A DNA stretch of 60,184 nucleotides, counting the filler, from Barthelona sp. PAP020 (lineage: Eukaryota): assembly GCA_040182905.1 (NCBI GenBank). It is 3 parts of 3 records of this genome, joined end to end, with 100 filler letters (N's around TTAATTAATTAA, not from the genome) between each part and the next. Parts side by side here need not be neighbours in the genome. Positions count along the whole stretch, not along the records: positions 1 to 20,028 come from JARQWU010000196.1; positions 20,129 to 40,156 come from JARQWU010000197.1; 1 more part is not named here. The stretch is one strand, 5' to 3'. How positions within the stretch are numbered: position 1 is the first letter of the stretch; every line of letters begins with the position of its first letter. Shown here one piece after another: positions 10,734 to 21,217 of the stretch. Both the position numbers and the translations under genes were made by a program. The notes under the pieces are model-generated. The model searched no databases and was not told where the DNA came from. It worked only from the letters and a program-made list of their open reading frames with translations.

Positions 10734-11696
10734 ATGGTTTTTAATGAAAAAAATGGTAGAAATGAAGACAAAAATCAATTGTTTCATGCCATAGATAATT
10801 TTGAAGAAAATCCAGTGTTCAATGATGTTTTTCCAGATACATCTGTTTTTGGCTTGGATTATAGCTCTGATGGACGATTTTTTTCGGCAGCAGGCTTTTC
10901 AAGTGGATTATTAAGAGTATATAGTACTGAAATTTACGAAGTTGTTCATGAAAAAAAATATGTGAAGGCTGCCGGACTCAATTTCAGTCCAAATTCCAAA
11001 TTATTAGCCGTTTGTGGAGAACATGAGATTCATATCATTGAAGTTGATACTTGGAAAACAGTGAGAGTAATTCGTGGTTTGGTTAAAAGAATACAAAACA
11101 TTTTTTTCTCAATTGACAGCAAATTAATTTCATTTGGCATGGAAGAAGGGTATGTTTCCGTATACACTGTTGAAGGAATAAAGTTGTTTGAATCTAAAGC
11201 TCATAACAATTGGGTCATATCTGTACGTATCAGCCCCGACATGAAGTACTTTGCTTCTGTTAGTGTTGATGGATGTTCTAAGTTATTTTCATTGGAGACG
11301 TATGAAGAGCTTCAATCATGGAGTCACTATGGGAAGAAGGTAATAGCCAGCAACTTTTCATCTGATAGTGCTTTTTGGACAACAGGTGATGACAATGGTA
11401 TAGTGAGAGTATTTGATGTTGTGAATAGAGTGTTATTGCGGAAGTATGAGGTTCATTGTGGTTGGATTTATGGGGTCATCTTCTCCCAAGATGATTCCTT
11501 GATCTATTCTTGTTCTGATGATAGATCATTTGCTGTGATTCGAAGAGATACAGGTGAAGTGTTGCAAAAGGTGAATGTTTCTTTCAGTATCAAAGCTATG
11601 GTCCTCAACTATGATGGAACTCGTTTGTTGTGTAGTGGATATAATTTCCCTAATGATGTACCGATTGAAGAGTATATTGGTGTGCCTTTGATTTGA
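10734..11696 (+). CDS. WD40 repeat protein
   Basis: AHNNWVISVRISPD, VHCGWIYGVIFSQD, SCSDD blades; start either 10692 or 10734. Confidence 0.9.
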   Translation: MVFNEKNGRNEDKNQLFHAIDNFEENPVFNDVFPDTSVFGLDYSSDGRFFSAAGFSSGLLRVYSTEIYEVVHEKKYVKAAGLNFSPNSKLLAVCGEHEIHIIEVDTWKTVRVIRGLVKRIQNIFFSIDSKLISFGMEEGYVSVYTVEGIKLFESKAHNNWVISVRISPDMKYFASVSVDGCSKLFSLETYEELQSWSHYGKKVIASNFSSDSAFWTTGDDNGIVRVFDVVNRVLLRKYEVHCGWIYGVIFSQDDSLIYSCSDDRSFAVIRRDTGEVLQKVNVSFSIKAMVLNYDGTRLLCSGYNFPNDVPIEEYIGVPLI

Positions 11697-11705
11697 CAAG
11701 AAGAT

Positions 11706-12115
11706 TAAAAAAAAAAGAGGGTTGTTCACAAGCCTATTATTTTTGGCGAATCGAAATTTTCCGATTCTTCCTTTTTGCCTCGAGGTACGGAACTTTTGCT
11801 TTACCTATCCCCAAAGTTTTGACCTGCCATGGTGAATGCATGAAAACTTGCACAATTAGGATAATTTTTTAAAATATCGGAGCTTTAAGCTCTTTTGAGC
11901 AAATGGTAATGCAGTATTTCACACCCCGCATAGGGCGTAGCTCTCCTACGAAAGCCTATGAAAGAGTAGGTCTCAAAAAAGAGAGGTTCCATTCAGGAAC
12001 GCTGGACCCCCCGAAAAGAATAAAGATTAAGGTTTTTTATTTATTAGTCAACTGAGATTCCCAGTCTCTTATTTGGGTAAGTTCAGGAAAAGGTTCGTAC
12101 AAGAAGAAAAATAAA
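11706..12115. repeat. Hairpin-rich ~400 bp element E, copy 1
   Basis: Colinear reverse complement of 24745-25153; locally GC-richer, several stem-loops. Confidence 0.9.
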
Positions 12116-12184
12116 AATACACATATCAATTTTACTGAAGTATGATGCCACACACTGAATTACACTGTACTACACTTTACTGCA

Positions 12185-15100
12185 CTAAACTTCAAAAATT
12201 GCGGTGATTAACGCAACAACATCTATTTCTTTTTGATAATTTTGAATGATAAGTCTTCTAAATTTGTTCCATTTGTTAAGCAATACGGGGTAGAGTTTTG
12301 TTTTTAATTCTTGCACAGTTTTAAAAATTTTTAATTTGTCATACAGAACAGAGGGAGTATTGTTGAAATCATCAATTTTTGAAGAGTCATCAACTTGAAT
12401 TGATTCAACAATGAGACAAATGTTTTCCAAGTGTTTAGTGAATTTTTTTGTGGTAGACAATTGTTCTGAAGACTCTCTTAGCTTTTGTAAAGCGCTTAAC
12501 ATCATACTTTTGTTAGCAACTAGTTGTCTCCAAAGATCGTAAGGTTTACCATACTTTTTTAAATAATTCAATAAATTATCTGTGGCTATCAATTGTGTTT
12601 GAATTATGATATAGACGAGTTGTTCATCCACCCAAGTCAAATTAGCACTGAAAACAATAGGAATTGTTGGTAAATTAACTAATTCTTCAATATATGTAAA
12701 AATCTTTGGGTTTTCAATGTTGTTTTCAATCAAATTTTGTTTCCAATCATTCAACAAAGATTGAATGTTGATAGGAATATATTTTGAAGAAAAAGAATCA
12801 TTGATTAAATCAAAAAGACGAACACAATATTTGGTGAGTGTCTTTTGATAATCAACACTGAAATTTTCAGAGGCAACCTTTATTTGTTTGTTGATTAACA
12901 TCTCTAAATCTGTTTCTAGTTTATTTAATGGCTTTAAAACACTTTTAGAGACTTTCAACAAGTAGTCATACTCTTGTTGACAATCCCAAACGTTAAAATT
13001 AAATTCGGCAGATAAACGGTTCAAATGATCAATCATCGTCTCACAATTCATAAAAATAACACCTACTATTTTATTGTACTCAATTTCAAACTCCAATTGA
13101 GTTCTCAAGTTGTTTTGACCGAGATATGGAGGAGATAAATGAGATTTCAATAAATTGATGACAGATCTTACATCGTTGTTCCATTGTTGAAACAGTGTTG
13201 CAAGATTTTCAAAGACTTTATTCTTCAAACCTTCAGATTCAATAACCTTGATTCTGGATTGAATATTTATCATGGATTCATAGATCTTCTCCCATAAATC
13301 AATAATTCTGTGGTCATTTGAGATCTCTAATAGCAATAAAAGGTCATCAAACAAAGCAAACAATTGCATCTTAACACTCTTCAAAACAGAAACAGTATCA
13401 TTTTCACAATCTTCCAATAAATTAGCATACTTTCGTTCAACAATCATTAATTGAGATTCTATCTCAATTTTGTTATGTTTTACAAAGGTTGACGAAAAAT
13501 TTTGAAGTGTTCCAACAAAGGATTCAAGATAAAGCAATGAAAACCCATGTTCGTATGGATTTTGTTGATTGAAAACATGTTTATGTGATAACGTTCTTAT
13601 AATAGCCAATAACTCATTGCATATAACATCATGCTTTCCTCGGATATCATCAATGTTAGTATCAGCAATTGGTGAATTATTTCCTAACAAAATGCTCAAT
13701 CGAGCCATTTCAATTTTATCCAACAGATCAAACACCACCGAATGCTTGTCATCTAAATTTGTAACTTCAACATTGGCTTCAACATTCTTTAAATCATTTT
13801 GGGTGCTGAAAACACGCCATTGAGCAATCAATCGATTGTAGACCCGAAGAGATATTGTTCCATTCTTTAATAACCGCTCCAATTCATTGATTGTTTGATT
13901 AATTAACAGATTCTTATTTGTTTGGTTTCCAAACAACATCAATTCGGTGATAATATCTTTCAAAGGATCATACTCCATTGATTCAATCACACTCAAAATA
14001 GAGGCTGGTTCAACATTCAATAAATTACAAAATTTTCGAATTTTTTCAATATTTTCTGTAACTTTTACAAATCTTTTAATTAATACAATAAGTTCTTCAC
14101 TATCCTTTTTTAAATCGTCTGGAATTTTAGCAATAGACACGATTTTTATCTCTTCAGCTTTTTCATACTCTTCAAATAACAATTCACTTGTCACTGCATT
14201 AAAGTCCTCCAAAAATGCATCACAAATTTCAAGATTTTTCTTTGTTATTAAATTCTCAAATTTCTTCTTAATGGTTTTTAAAACGTTTTTATGTCTTATT
14301 GTTTGAAAAGATAGTTTTGCATTAGTTTTATCAAAATGTATCTTGCAAAATTCAAAAGTCTCATACAAATCAAAGCTCAACTTTAGCAAATCTAGAGGGT
14401 CATTGATTTCATCGAAATCTGTTTCGTACAAGTGCTCCAATCTACTAGAAAGCTCTAAATATTTGTTTAAATGCTTATAATTAGACTCTTCACAAGCAGC
14501 AATCTCAATAGGCTTCTGATCAAACAGAACGATTAATTGTTGAAAAGTAAACAACAATTGTACCAACATTTTCATTAGTTCATGCTCAAAAACGTTAAAA
14601 TTATCAAAATTCTCAAAAAATCTTTGCCATTCTTCAAGAACTTCACTGCCAGATTCCAACAATTCAACTATCTCCTCTCGTCTTTCATTCATATGTTGTT
14701 TCATTTGTTCTTGATCTCCTTCATATTCTTCATGTTTTTCATTCAAAAAACGCATACCAAGCATTTGATGATTGATCTTTTCGAACATTTCATCAACAAA
14801 CAGATAAAATCTCCTACAAACATGTTCATTAGCATCTTCAACTGCATTTTCTCTCATTTTCTTCATTTCCTTTCTTCTTTCAATTTCTTCACATTCTCGC
14901 AATATGTATTTAAAATTATTGGGTTTGATCAAGTGATGATGGATCAAATATTCTCGAATATCTTCTAATGTATCAAAAGAAACGGTTTCTAAGCTATCTA
15001 CGCTTTCCAAACCTTTATGTCTGTTTCCCATCAATTCCTTGAAAAGCACATCATACAACAATCCAAGATTTAACAAAAACTTAGATGAGATAAACGTATC

Positions 15101-18100
15101 CAAATCAGTTCTAACAAATACCAAAAATTGCTGAACAATAGTGCTAGGATCTTGTTCTTCAAGCTCATCTCGGGTAAACTGATGAATTTTTCCTTCAAAT
15201 ATATCTAACTTTTTTTCATTAACAAATGCATCAATTATACACTGCATTATTTCATGCAAATCATCACTTTCTGGCCATTGAAGAGAATCTATTGAAACAT
15301 CTTTGTTGATCTTTGCACTTTCAATATCTGTGGTTTCTTTCATGAACTCAAACAATTGTGAGAGCAAATTATTAAAAGCATCTAAACCAACAATCGAAAA
15401 ACGAGATAACCGTTCAATACAAACTTGCAAAGATTTAAATAGTTGTTTCAGATATTCAACATCTTGTTGATTATGAACAGAGCGATGATGAATAAGAAAC
15501 TTTGCAATTAAACAAACCTTACGAACGTATTCCAATGATAACGCTTTTATTGAACGAAGAGTATTAGGATCAGTTGAATAACTTTCTAAGCGATTGAATA
15601 AAGGATGATCTTCTTCTGAAATTTGAAGATTCCCAAAATTCAAAGTGGCAAACATTCGATCAATATTTGTAAATAGCTCAATTAATTTATATTCAATTTG
15701 CTTCAGCAAAATGATTAATTTTTCTGAAGGATGAAGACATGAATTCATACTTCGTAAAATCTTCAAATAATTACTCAAGAAATCAAACTTAGAATTATCT
15801 AATTTGATAAAAGCTTGAATACCTTTTGAATTTCCATATATTGCGAACGTTTCAGTCAAATTTTTCAAAAGTTCAGTACACGCAATTTCAATTTTTTCGT
15901 TGTCTTTTTGTACATCTATATACTTTCTATGAGTGGTAGTAAAATTGATTTCAACCTTTTCTATAGCATTTTCCAACAATTCGAAATATTCTTTGATATA
16001 ATCAGAATCAAATTCAACAATATTTAGGGATAAAAGTTCATCATATATCTCTTTCATACGAGATTGTTGAATTTGAATTTTTTCAAGATGTTGATTTGAT
16101 AATCTTTGAATTCTTGTGAATTCAACGAAGATATCAACGGTTTCAAGTATCAATTTATTTAAGTTTGAAAGTTTTTCATCAAAAATTCTAGCGTTTTGGG
16201 TTTTTTTTGCTAATTGTTGTTTGGACTCATTGATTTTTGTTTTCATATCAATATCATCATCTTTATCAATCAATAATTCATTATAAATATCAAATTGTTG
16301 AAGAACATTAAGGAATTTTTCAGCTATATTAGGTTGTTGTTGTATTAATAAATCAAAAAAATCAGAAGCAAATATACAATGATATAATAGTGTAACATTT
16401 AAATTGTTACTTTGATATAAATTTGGTGAAGAATTAGATGCAATCTCAACATTAGCATCATTAGCAAAAGAAGAGTTATTATTAAAAGATTGTTGAATCA
16501 ATTGAATGACATCATTTTCTGTTATTGAAATGTTACAAGAATCCATGATAAGGAAAGTTGAATAAAAGATTTTAAATAAATGAATCAATAAAATTCTTTG
16601 ATTTTGTTTCATATTGTTGAAATCAAACGTATTTAAAAATTTATAAGTGTAAATCAACCAATCATTCAAAACATTATTATATTGTTCCATATATTTTTTT
16701 TCAATAGTAGATTTATCCAAATTTGCTGAATCAATCAAAACATCATACTTTTTCAAAAAATGTTCAATTAATAATTCTGGAAAATATTCATTCAAATTTT
16801 TTAAAAACAAAAATTTCAAGTTTCCATTTTTGGAATTTTTAAATGTTTGAAATTTTTTTTGTTGTTTTTGTTGTTTTTCTTTATATGTTTCTTCTTCCTT
16901 TTCATAATTTTCATCATCATCCAAATCACATATATTTTTAAAATATTCATTCAAACATTCATTCTTTTCAATCATTTTATCTCTATAAATCTTAATTTGA
17001 GATTGTAAACCTTTAAAAAAGATAGTCATTTTATCAAAATCATCTTTAGAAATATTTGTTAATTTTTTCAATAAATTTTCAGCAGATTCTAACTTTTTAC
17101 TTACTGTTGTCATATAATCAATTGAATTTGTCTCTGAAATATTCAAATTTTCAAAAAAATTAACGATTCTATTCATAAATTTTTTTTCATCAATTTGTAT
17201 AGTTGATTTGATAGTATCAGCAATGAATTCGGAACATATTTTTTCAGTATATTCAGTTATCCTCTTTTTTAATTCTTCAGCATCAAAACTACAATTACTA
17301 GTATCCAAACATGTCGAAAGTGTCTTAACAACATTAAAATGACTATGTAATTGTTCAAAACTATTGATGAAATATATAATTTGATCAAACATCGTTTCTG
17401 TTGAAATTTCTATCTTTTCTTTTTCTTCTAATATTTCTTGACATATATCAAAATGTCTTTTAAAAAGATTTTCAATTGCTTCTTGTTCTTTATTCTTCTT
17501 CATCATTAATTCTGTTTCATTTTGGGCAATATCCCAACTTCGCACAAAATTCATAATTTCTTGTTTCATAATATAACAATTTTGAGTTAAGGTATCCAAT
17601 AAAGTGATAGATAAACAACTAACAATTTTATTATCTCCAGAATTAATACCAAAATCAAATTGAGAATCTTTATTGTTGAAATGTGTAAGACTTATAATTT
17701 TTCGATCCAATTTAATCAAAAGATCATTAATTTCACCCAATTGTGAATTGGGAAACTCAACTAAATCCATCCTCAAATGTTTAACAATGAGTTCATCAAT
17801 TTTTTGACAATCAACAAGACATTCTTTATAAACATTCATTTGTGTTCTTGAATCTTCAATATAAAATAAAGATTGCTCCAATTGTATTGATAAATGATTA
17901 ATTTGCTGAAATAAACGATTGAATATTTTTTCTTCCATCATTTCTTTTTCTTCTTTTTGTTCATAAGATTGTTTTTGATATTCCATGACTTCTAATAAAA
18001 GATTGGAATTGACCAATTGTACATTCAAAATGTTTGCCTCAAAGTCATTGATTTCTTCTTCATTACTGAAAGGAAACATTGAAGGTACTTCATTAATTGA

Positions 18101-19684
18101 CAAAAATCTGGTTTCAAAGTCTTTAAATGCAAGAGAATGTTCTTGATTTTCTTCTTTAATGCAACTTCTTTCCATTAATTTTTCAACATCTTGCAAAGCA
18201 TTTTCAAGACTGGAAATATCAATGCTATCAATATTAGACGAAGAAGAAGATATATTTTTTAAAGTGATCAGATTTGAAAGAATTTCTTTTGACCATTCAC
18301 CATGAATGCTTTTAATTTGTGAATAAAATTCACTGGAGATTTCATATTCTAATGCGGTGGTGAAAAAGGTGATAAACCTCATCAAATTAGCAACTAAAAT
18401 ATCTTTCAGCAAATTCTCCAACACTTGCTTATCAGCCTCAGCCTCCTCCTTTTCTTCATCCTCTTGTCTTTGTTTCTGAATGGAATCGTTCAATTGAAGA
18501 AGAATCTCCCCATAATCTCCCAATTCTTTATTCACCCCATTTATCCAAAAAACTATAAAATCCTTCGTAGCAGTTTTCGAACCACTTACTGTATCAATTT
18601 GATGATTATTCAAACAATCCCTCAATAATATAATCAAGCCTTGTTGAAAACAATTTTCTTGATATTTAACCTCATTAAACTCGTGCCTCTTACTGACTTC
18701 TTTAATAACATATCTCAACTGATTTTCTAGATCAGTTAATGTTTCATTAGGTTTCGGACTATATGGAATTCTGTTGAATCTTTGACATAGAATATTCAAC
18801 TTCGAATCTAACAAGTAGATTTCGCTCAATTTTTCCAAAATATCACTTGAAATTTCAATATCGGCACTTTCCTGTAATTCATTCAGTGAATCAAACATAC
18901 AACTAATGCTGGTCTGTAACTCTTCTCTCAAATGTTTGATATCAAGAGAAGCATTGATCAACATGCCACAATTCATAATTTCTTTTGAAACTGGTGTGAA
19001 CTGAACCACCATAATCTTGTACAACATGGATAACAGAACAAAAATTCCTTTTTGATCATCAGGCACCCTTAACAAAGGTCGATAATTGTAATCAACTAAA
19101 AATTGATTGAGTATTGCCAATTTATTTTCAATGTTCTCTTCAATGTTCTCTTCAACTGTATCAGTAGTGGAAGTCATCGAAGAAGAATAAAACATCGGAT
19201 TAAAACCATGCAAAATCGTTAAGATCAATTTTAGATCCATAAACCTATCAATATTGATTTGAGAAAGAGATTCATCATATGATTGTAACCAATTAATTAA
19301 CGCATCAACACCAGTTTTACTTTGAAAAGAAAAATTTGATAATTGTGTGATGAAAAAAATATCCCACAAATAACTAGTAATATTTTCTTTAAATAAATGT
19401 TCATTTGTAATTAAAAAAGAATCAACAGTATATGTGTGTTCAGTTAAATAACCAAAACATTCATAAAAATCATTTATTGCTGTTTCAATCAAAGATGCAT
19501 CATCTTTTGGTAGATTTATTCTTTCTTTGTTACAAAATATTTTTGTGAGATAGCATAACTTCAAAGAAAATGACGCATTTTTGGGTGGCATTTCAATTTC
19601 ATCATTTTCATCAATTGATTTCAATAAATAATTTTGTAATAAATTCAATGTAATATCTTGTGTTTCAATCAATCGATCTAACAT
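12185..19684 (-). CDS. Very large hypothetical alpha-helical protein (2499 aa)
   Basis: 7.5 kb uninterrupted ORF, E/K/L/I/N-rich; no recognisable domain. Confidence 0.8.
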   Translation of the reverse strand: MLDRLIETQDITLNLLQNYLLKSIDENDEIEMPPKNASFSLKLCYLTKIFCNKERINLPKDDASLIETAINDFYECFGYLTEHTYTVDSFLITNEHLFKENITSYLWDIFFITQLSNFSFQSKTGVDALINWLQSYDESLSQINIDRFMDLKLILTILHGFNPMFYSSSMTSTTDTVEENIEENIENKLAILNQFLVDYNYRPLLRVPDDQKGIFVLLSMLYKIMVVQFTPVSKEIMNCGMLINASLDIKHLREELQTSISCMFDSLNELQESADIEISSDILEKLSEIYLLDSKLNILCQRFNRIPYSPKPNETLTDLENQLRYVIKEVSKRHEFNEVKYQENCFQQGLIILLRDCLNNHQIDTVSGSKTATKDFIVFWINGVNKELGDYGEILLQLNDSIQKQRQEDEEKEEAEADKQVLENLLKDILVANLMRFITFFTTALEYEISSEFYSQIKSIHGEWSKEILSNLITLKNISSSSSNIDSIDISSLENALQDVEKLMERSCIKEENQEHSLAFKDFETRFLSINEVPSMFPFSNEEEINDFEANILNVQLVNSNLLLEVMEYQKQSYEQKEEKEMMEEKIFNRLFQQINHLSIQLEQSLFYIEDSRTQMNVYKECLVDCQKIDELIVKHLRMDLVEFPNSQLGEINDLLIKLDRKIISLTHFNNKDSQFDFGINSGDNKIVSCLSITLLDTLTQNCYIMKQEIMNFVRSWDIAQNETELMMKKNKEQEAIENLFKRHFDICQEILEEKEKIEISTETMFDQIIYFINSFEQLHSHFNVVKTLSTCLDTSNCSFDAEELKKRITEYTEKICSEFIADTIKSTIQIDEKKFMNRIVNFFENLNISETNSIDYMTTVSKKLESAENLLKKLTNISKDDFDKMTIFFKGLQSQIKIYRDKMIEKNECLNEYFKNICDLDDDENYEKEEETYKEKQQKQQKKFQTFKNSKNGNLKFLFLKNLNEYFPELLIEHFLKKYDVLIDSANLDKSTIEKKYMEQYNNVLNDWLIYTYKFLNTFDFNNMKQNQRILLIHLFKIFYSTFLIMDSCNISITENDVIQLIQQSFNNNSSFANDANVEIASNSSPNLYQSNNLNVTLLYHCIFASDFFDLLIQQQPNIAEKFLNVLQQFDIYNELLIDKDDDIDMKTKINESKQQLAKKTQNARIFDEKLSNLNKLILETVDIFVEFTRIQRLSNQHLEKIQIQQSRMKEIYDELLSLNIVEFDSDYIKEYFELLENAIEKVEINFTTTHRKYIDVQKDNEKIEIACTELLKNLTETFAIYGNSKGIQAFIKLDNSKFDFLSNYLKILRSMNSCLHPSEKLIILLKQIEYKLIELFTNIDRMFATLNFGNLQISEEDHPLFNRLESYSTDPNTLRSIKALSLEYVRKVCLIAKFLIHHRSVHNQQDVEYLKQLFKSLQVCIERLSRFSIVGLDAFNNLLSQLFEFMKETTDIESAKINKDVSIDSLQWPESDDLHEIMQCIIDAFVNEKKLDIFEGKIHQFTRDELEEQDPSTIVQQFLVFVRTDLDTFISSKFLLNLGLLYDVLFKELMGNRHKGLESVDSLETVSFDTLEDIREYLIHHHLIKPNNFKYILRECEEIERRKEMKKMRENAVEDANEHVCRRFYLFVDEMFEKINHQMLGMRFLNEKHEEYEGDQEQMKQHMNERREEIVELLESGSEVLEEWQRFFENFDNFNVFEHELMKMLVQLLFTFQQLIVLFDQKPIEIAACEESNYKHLNKYLELSSRLEHLYETDFDEINDPLDLLKLSFDLYETFEFCKIHFDKTNAKLSFQTIRHKNVLKTIKKKFENLITKKNLEICDAFLEDFNAVTSELLFEEYEKAEEIKIVSIAKIPDDLKKDSEELIVLIKRFVKVTENIEKIRKFCNLLNVEPASILSVIESMEYDPLKDIITELMLFGNQTNKNLLINQTINELERLLKNGTISLRVYNRLIAQWRVFSTQNDLKNVEANVEVTNLDDKHSVVFDLLDKIEMARLSILLGNNSPIADTNIDDIRGKHDVICNELLAIIRTLSHKHVFNQQNPYEHGFSLLYLESFVGTLQNFSSTFVKHNKIEIESQLMIVERKYANLLEDCENDTVSVLKSVKMQLFALFDDLLLLLEISNDHRIIDLWEKIYESMINIQSRIKVIESEGLKNKVFENLATLFQQWNNDVRSVINLLKSHLSPPYLGQNNLRTQLEFEIEYNKIVGVIFMNCETMIDHLNRLSAEFNFNVWDCQQEYDYLLKVSKSVLKPLNKLETDLEMLINKQIKVASENFSVDYQKTLTKYCVRLFDLINDSFSSKYIPINIQSLLNDWKQNLIENNIENPKIFTYIEELVNLPTIPIVFSANLTWVDEQLVYIIIQTQLIATDNLLNYLKKYGKPYDLWRQLVANKSMMLSALQKLRESSEQLSTTKKFTKHLENICLIVESIQVDDSSKIDDFNNTPSVLYDKLKIFKTVQELKTKLYPVLLNKWNKFRRLIIQNYQKEIDVVALITAIFEV

Positions 19685-19820
19685 ATCATCCAGTTAAAAA
19701 GTTAGACTGTAAATGAATTCCAAAAAAAATATTTTTTCAACAAAAACTGCGACAAAAAAAAAATTAATTCTGAACAACTAGACATATTTATTGGTTTTAT
19801 ACAAACTATTTGACGAAAAT

Positions 19821-20027
19821 TCACTTGTCATCATAAACATATACATGTGGAATGGATAATCGCTCTATATGTTTTTCAATATTATCCAATAACTTTTCAT
19901 ACTCTTCATGAGTATTCTTTTGAAGATCGGAATCATCAAAACCTAACTTAAACGAACGATATTTTCCCCAAACTTCATCCCATTGTTCTTTTAAACCACT
20001 GATTAATTCAAGTTTTTCTTCATCACT
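19821..20027 (-). CDS. Enkurin-domain protein, 3' fragment (cut by linker; not in ORF track)
   Basis: Manual translation SDEEKLELISGLKEQWDEVWGKYRSFKLGFDDSDLQKNTHEEYEKLLDNIEKHIERLSIPHVYVYDDK*, matching the enkurin C-terminal domain pattern. Confidence 0.8.
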   Translation of the reverse strand, partial: SDEEKLELISGLKEQWDEVWGKYRSFKLGFDDSDLQKNTHEEYEKLLDNIEKHIERLSIPHVYVYDDK

Positions 20028-20028
20028 T

Positions 20029-20128
20029 NNNNNNNNNNNNNNNNNNNNNNNNNNNNNNNNNNNNNNNNNNNNTTAATTAATTAANNNNNNNNNNNNNNNN
20101 NNNNNNNNNNNNNNNNNNNNNNNNNNNN
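20029..20128. other. Artificial join linker N44-TTAATTAATTAA-N44
   Basis: Six-frame stop spacer; different genes are truncated on each side. Confidence 0.97.
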
Positions 20129-20392
20129 ATGCTCCAAATTACCACCCATTTTGTTGTTCATCTTGGCAAATGTATCAGCAACATAAAAGATGACATGACA
20201 ACCAGCAGTTACTAATTTCTTAACATTAAGAGCCTTAAAAAGACCTTGAGCGATATGAATTCTGCCTGAAGGCTCAAAACCATCATACACAAGAGGATGT
20301 TCTTTTTTTTCTAATAATTCTCTTAACTCACTTGGTTTGATAACTTCCTCACCAATGCTCATGATGAGATTGAATCTTTGATCGATATCCAT
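20129..20392 (-). CDS. YARS: Tyrosyl-tRNA synthetase, 5' fragment
   Basis: IGEEVI...YDGFEPSGRIHIAQG...MNNKMGG; truncated by linker. Confidence 0.92.
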
Positions 20393-20575
20393 TAAAAAAC
20401 TAAAAAGAATTTGTTTTTTTTTATACACCTTCATTCAGCACTCACCAAATTAATGTTAACATTAAAGTTTCTTTGGTTTTTTTTTTGTTTGCAAAATAAT
20501 GCCTGATGCAAAACTAGAAATATTCAATCTGCCAAAACATTAAAAAAACCGTATAAATATTTATGTGCATTTATA

Positions 20576-21067
20576 TTAGATAAATTCTTTTTCTTTAATT
20601 TTTTCAGAAGTCCTAATTGAAATTTTTTCAACTTTTTCTTTAACATTTGTGACTAATTCAGGTTCTGGTTTTACTTGTTCTTTAGTTTGTTTTCTGTTAT
20701 AAATTTCCAATTCACGAGTTTCTCCTTCTCTGATTCTTTGACGATGATAATCTTTCTCTCTTTCTAAACGAATTTCTTCTAATCTGTCCATAGAGCTGAT
20801 AACATCTTTGTAAAGTTCACGATTATATCTTAAAGGTTCATTTCTGCGTTTTTCAAATTCATAAACTTTATCACTAACAAGATCTTTACCTCTAGTTTTT
20901 CTGTAGGCTTTAGTCCAAGCGACTTTTCTTGGATTACGTTTCATTTTAAAGTTCTTGTGACATTTGGATCTGCAAAATCGAAAAATTTTTCCATCATTAC
21001 GAACAAACTGTACTCCATGTCCTGGATATATAGTTGAAGAACAGAAAAAGCACTTTTCTAAACGCAT
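20576..21067 (-). CDS. RLP24: Ribosome biogenesis protein RLP24 (eL24 family)
   Basis: [18 protein letters not shown]...[18 protein letters not shown]...[12 protein letters not shown]. Confidence 0.93.
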   Translation of the reverse strand: MRLEKCFFCSSTIYPGHGVQFVRNDGKIFRFCRSKCHKNFKMKRNPRKVAWTKAYRKTRGKDLVSDKVYEFEKRRNEPLRYNRELYKDVISSMDRLEEIRLEREKDYHRQRIREGETRELEIYNRKQTKEQVKPEPELVTNVKEKVEKISIRTSEKIKEKEFI

Positions 21068-21217
21068 TCAACAAAAAAAAAATTGTGAACTACCAAAAAA
21101 TTTTATGAACAAATGATTCCATATTTTGAAAGAATCAGCAATTCAAGCTTCAAATAAAAATATCTTAATAAAATGAAAAAAATATGGAAAAAGTTTTAAT
21201 AACTTTTATGATTTATT

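Noticed and set aside
20073..20084. TTAATTAATTAA as a biological repeat; TyrRS and enkurin pieces as one gene
   Set aside because: Artificial six-frame stop spacer between unrelated truncated genes.
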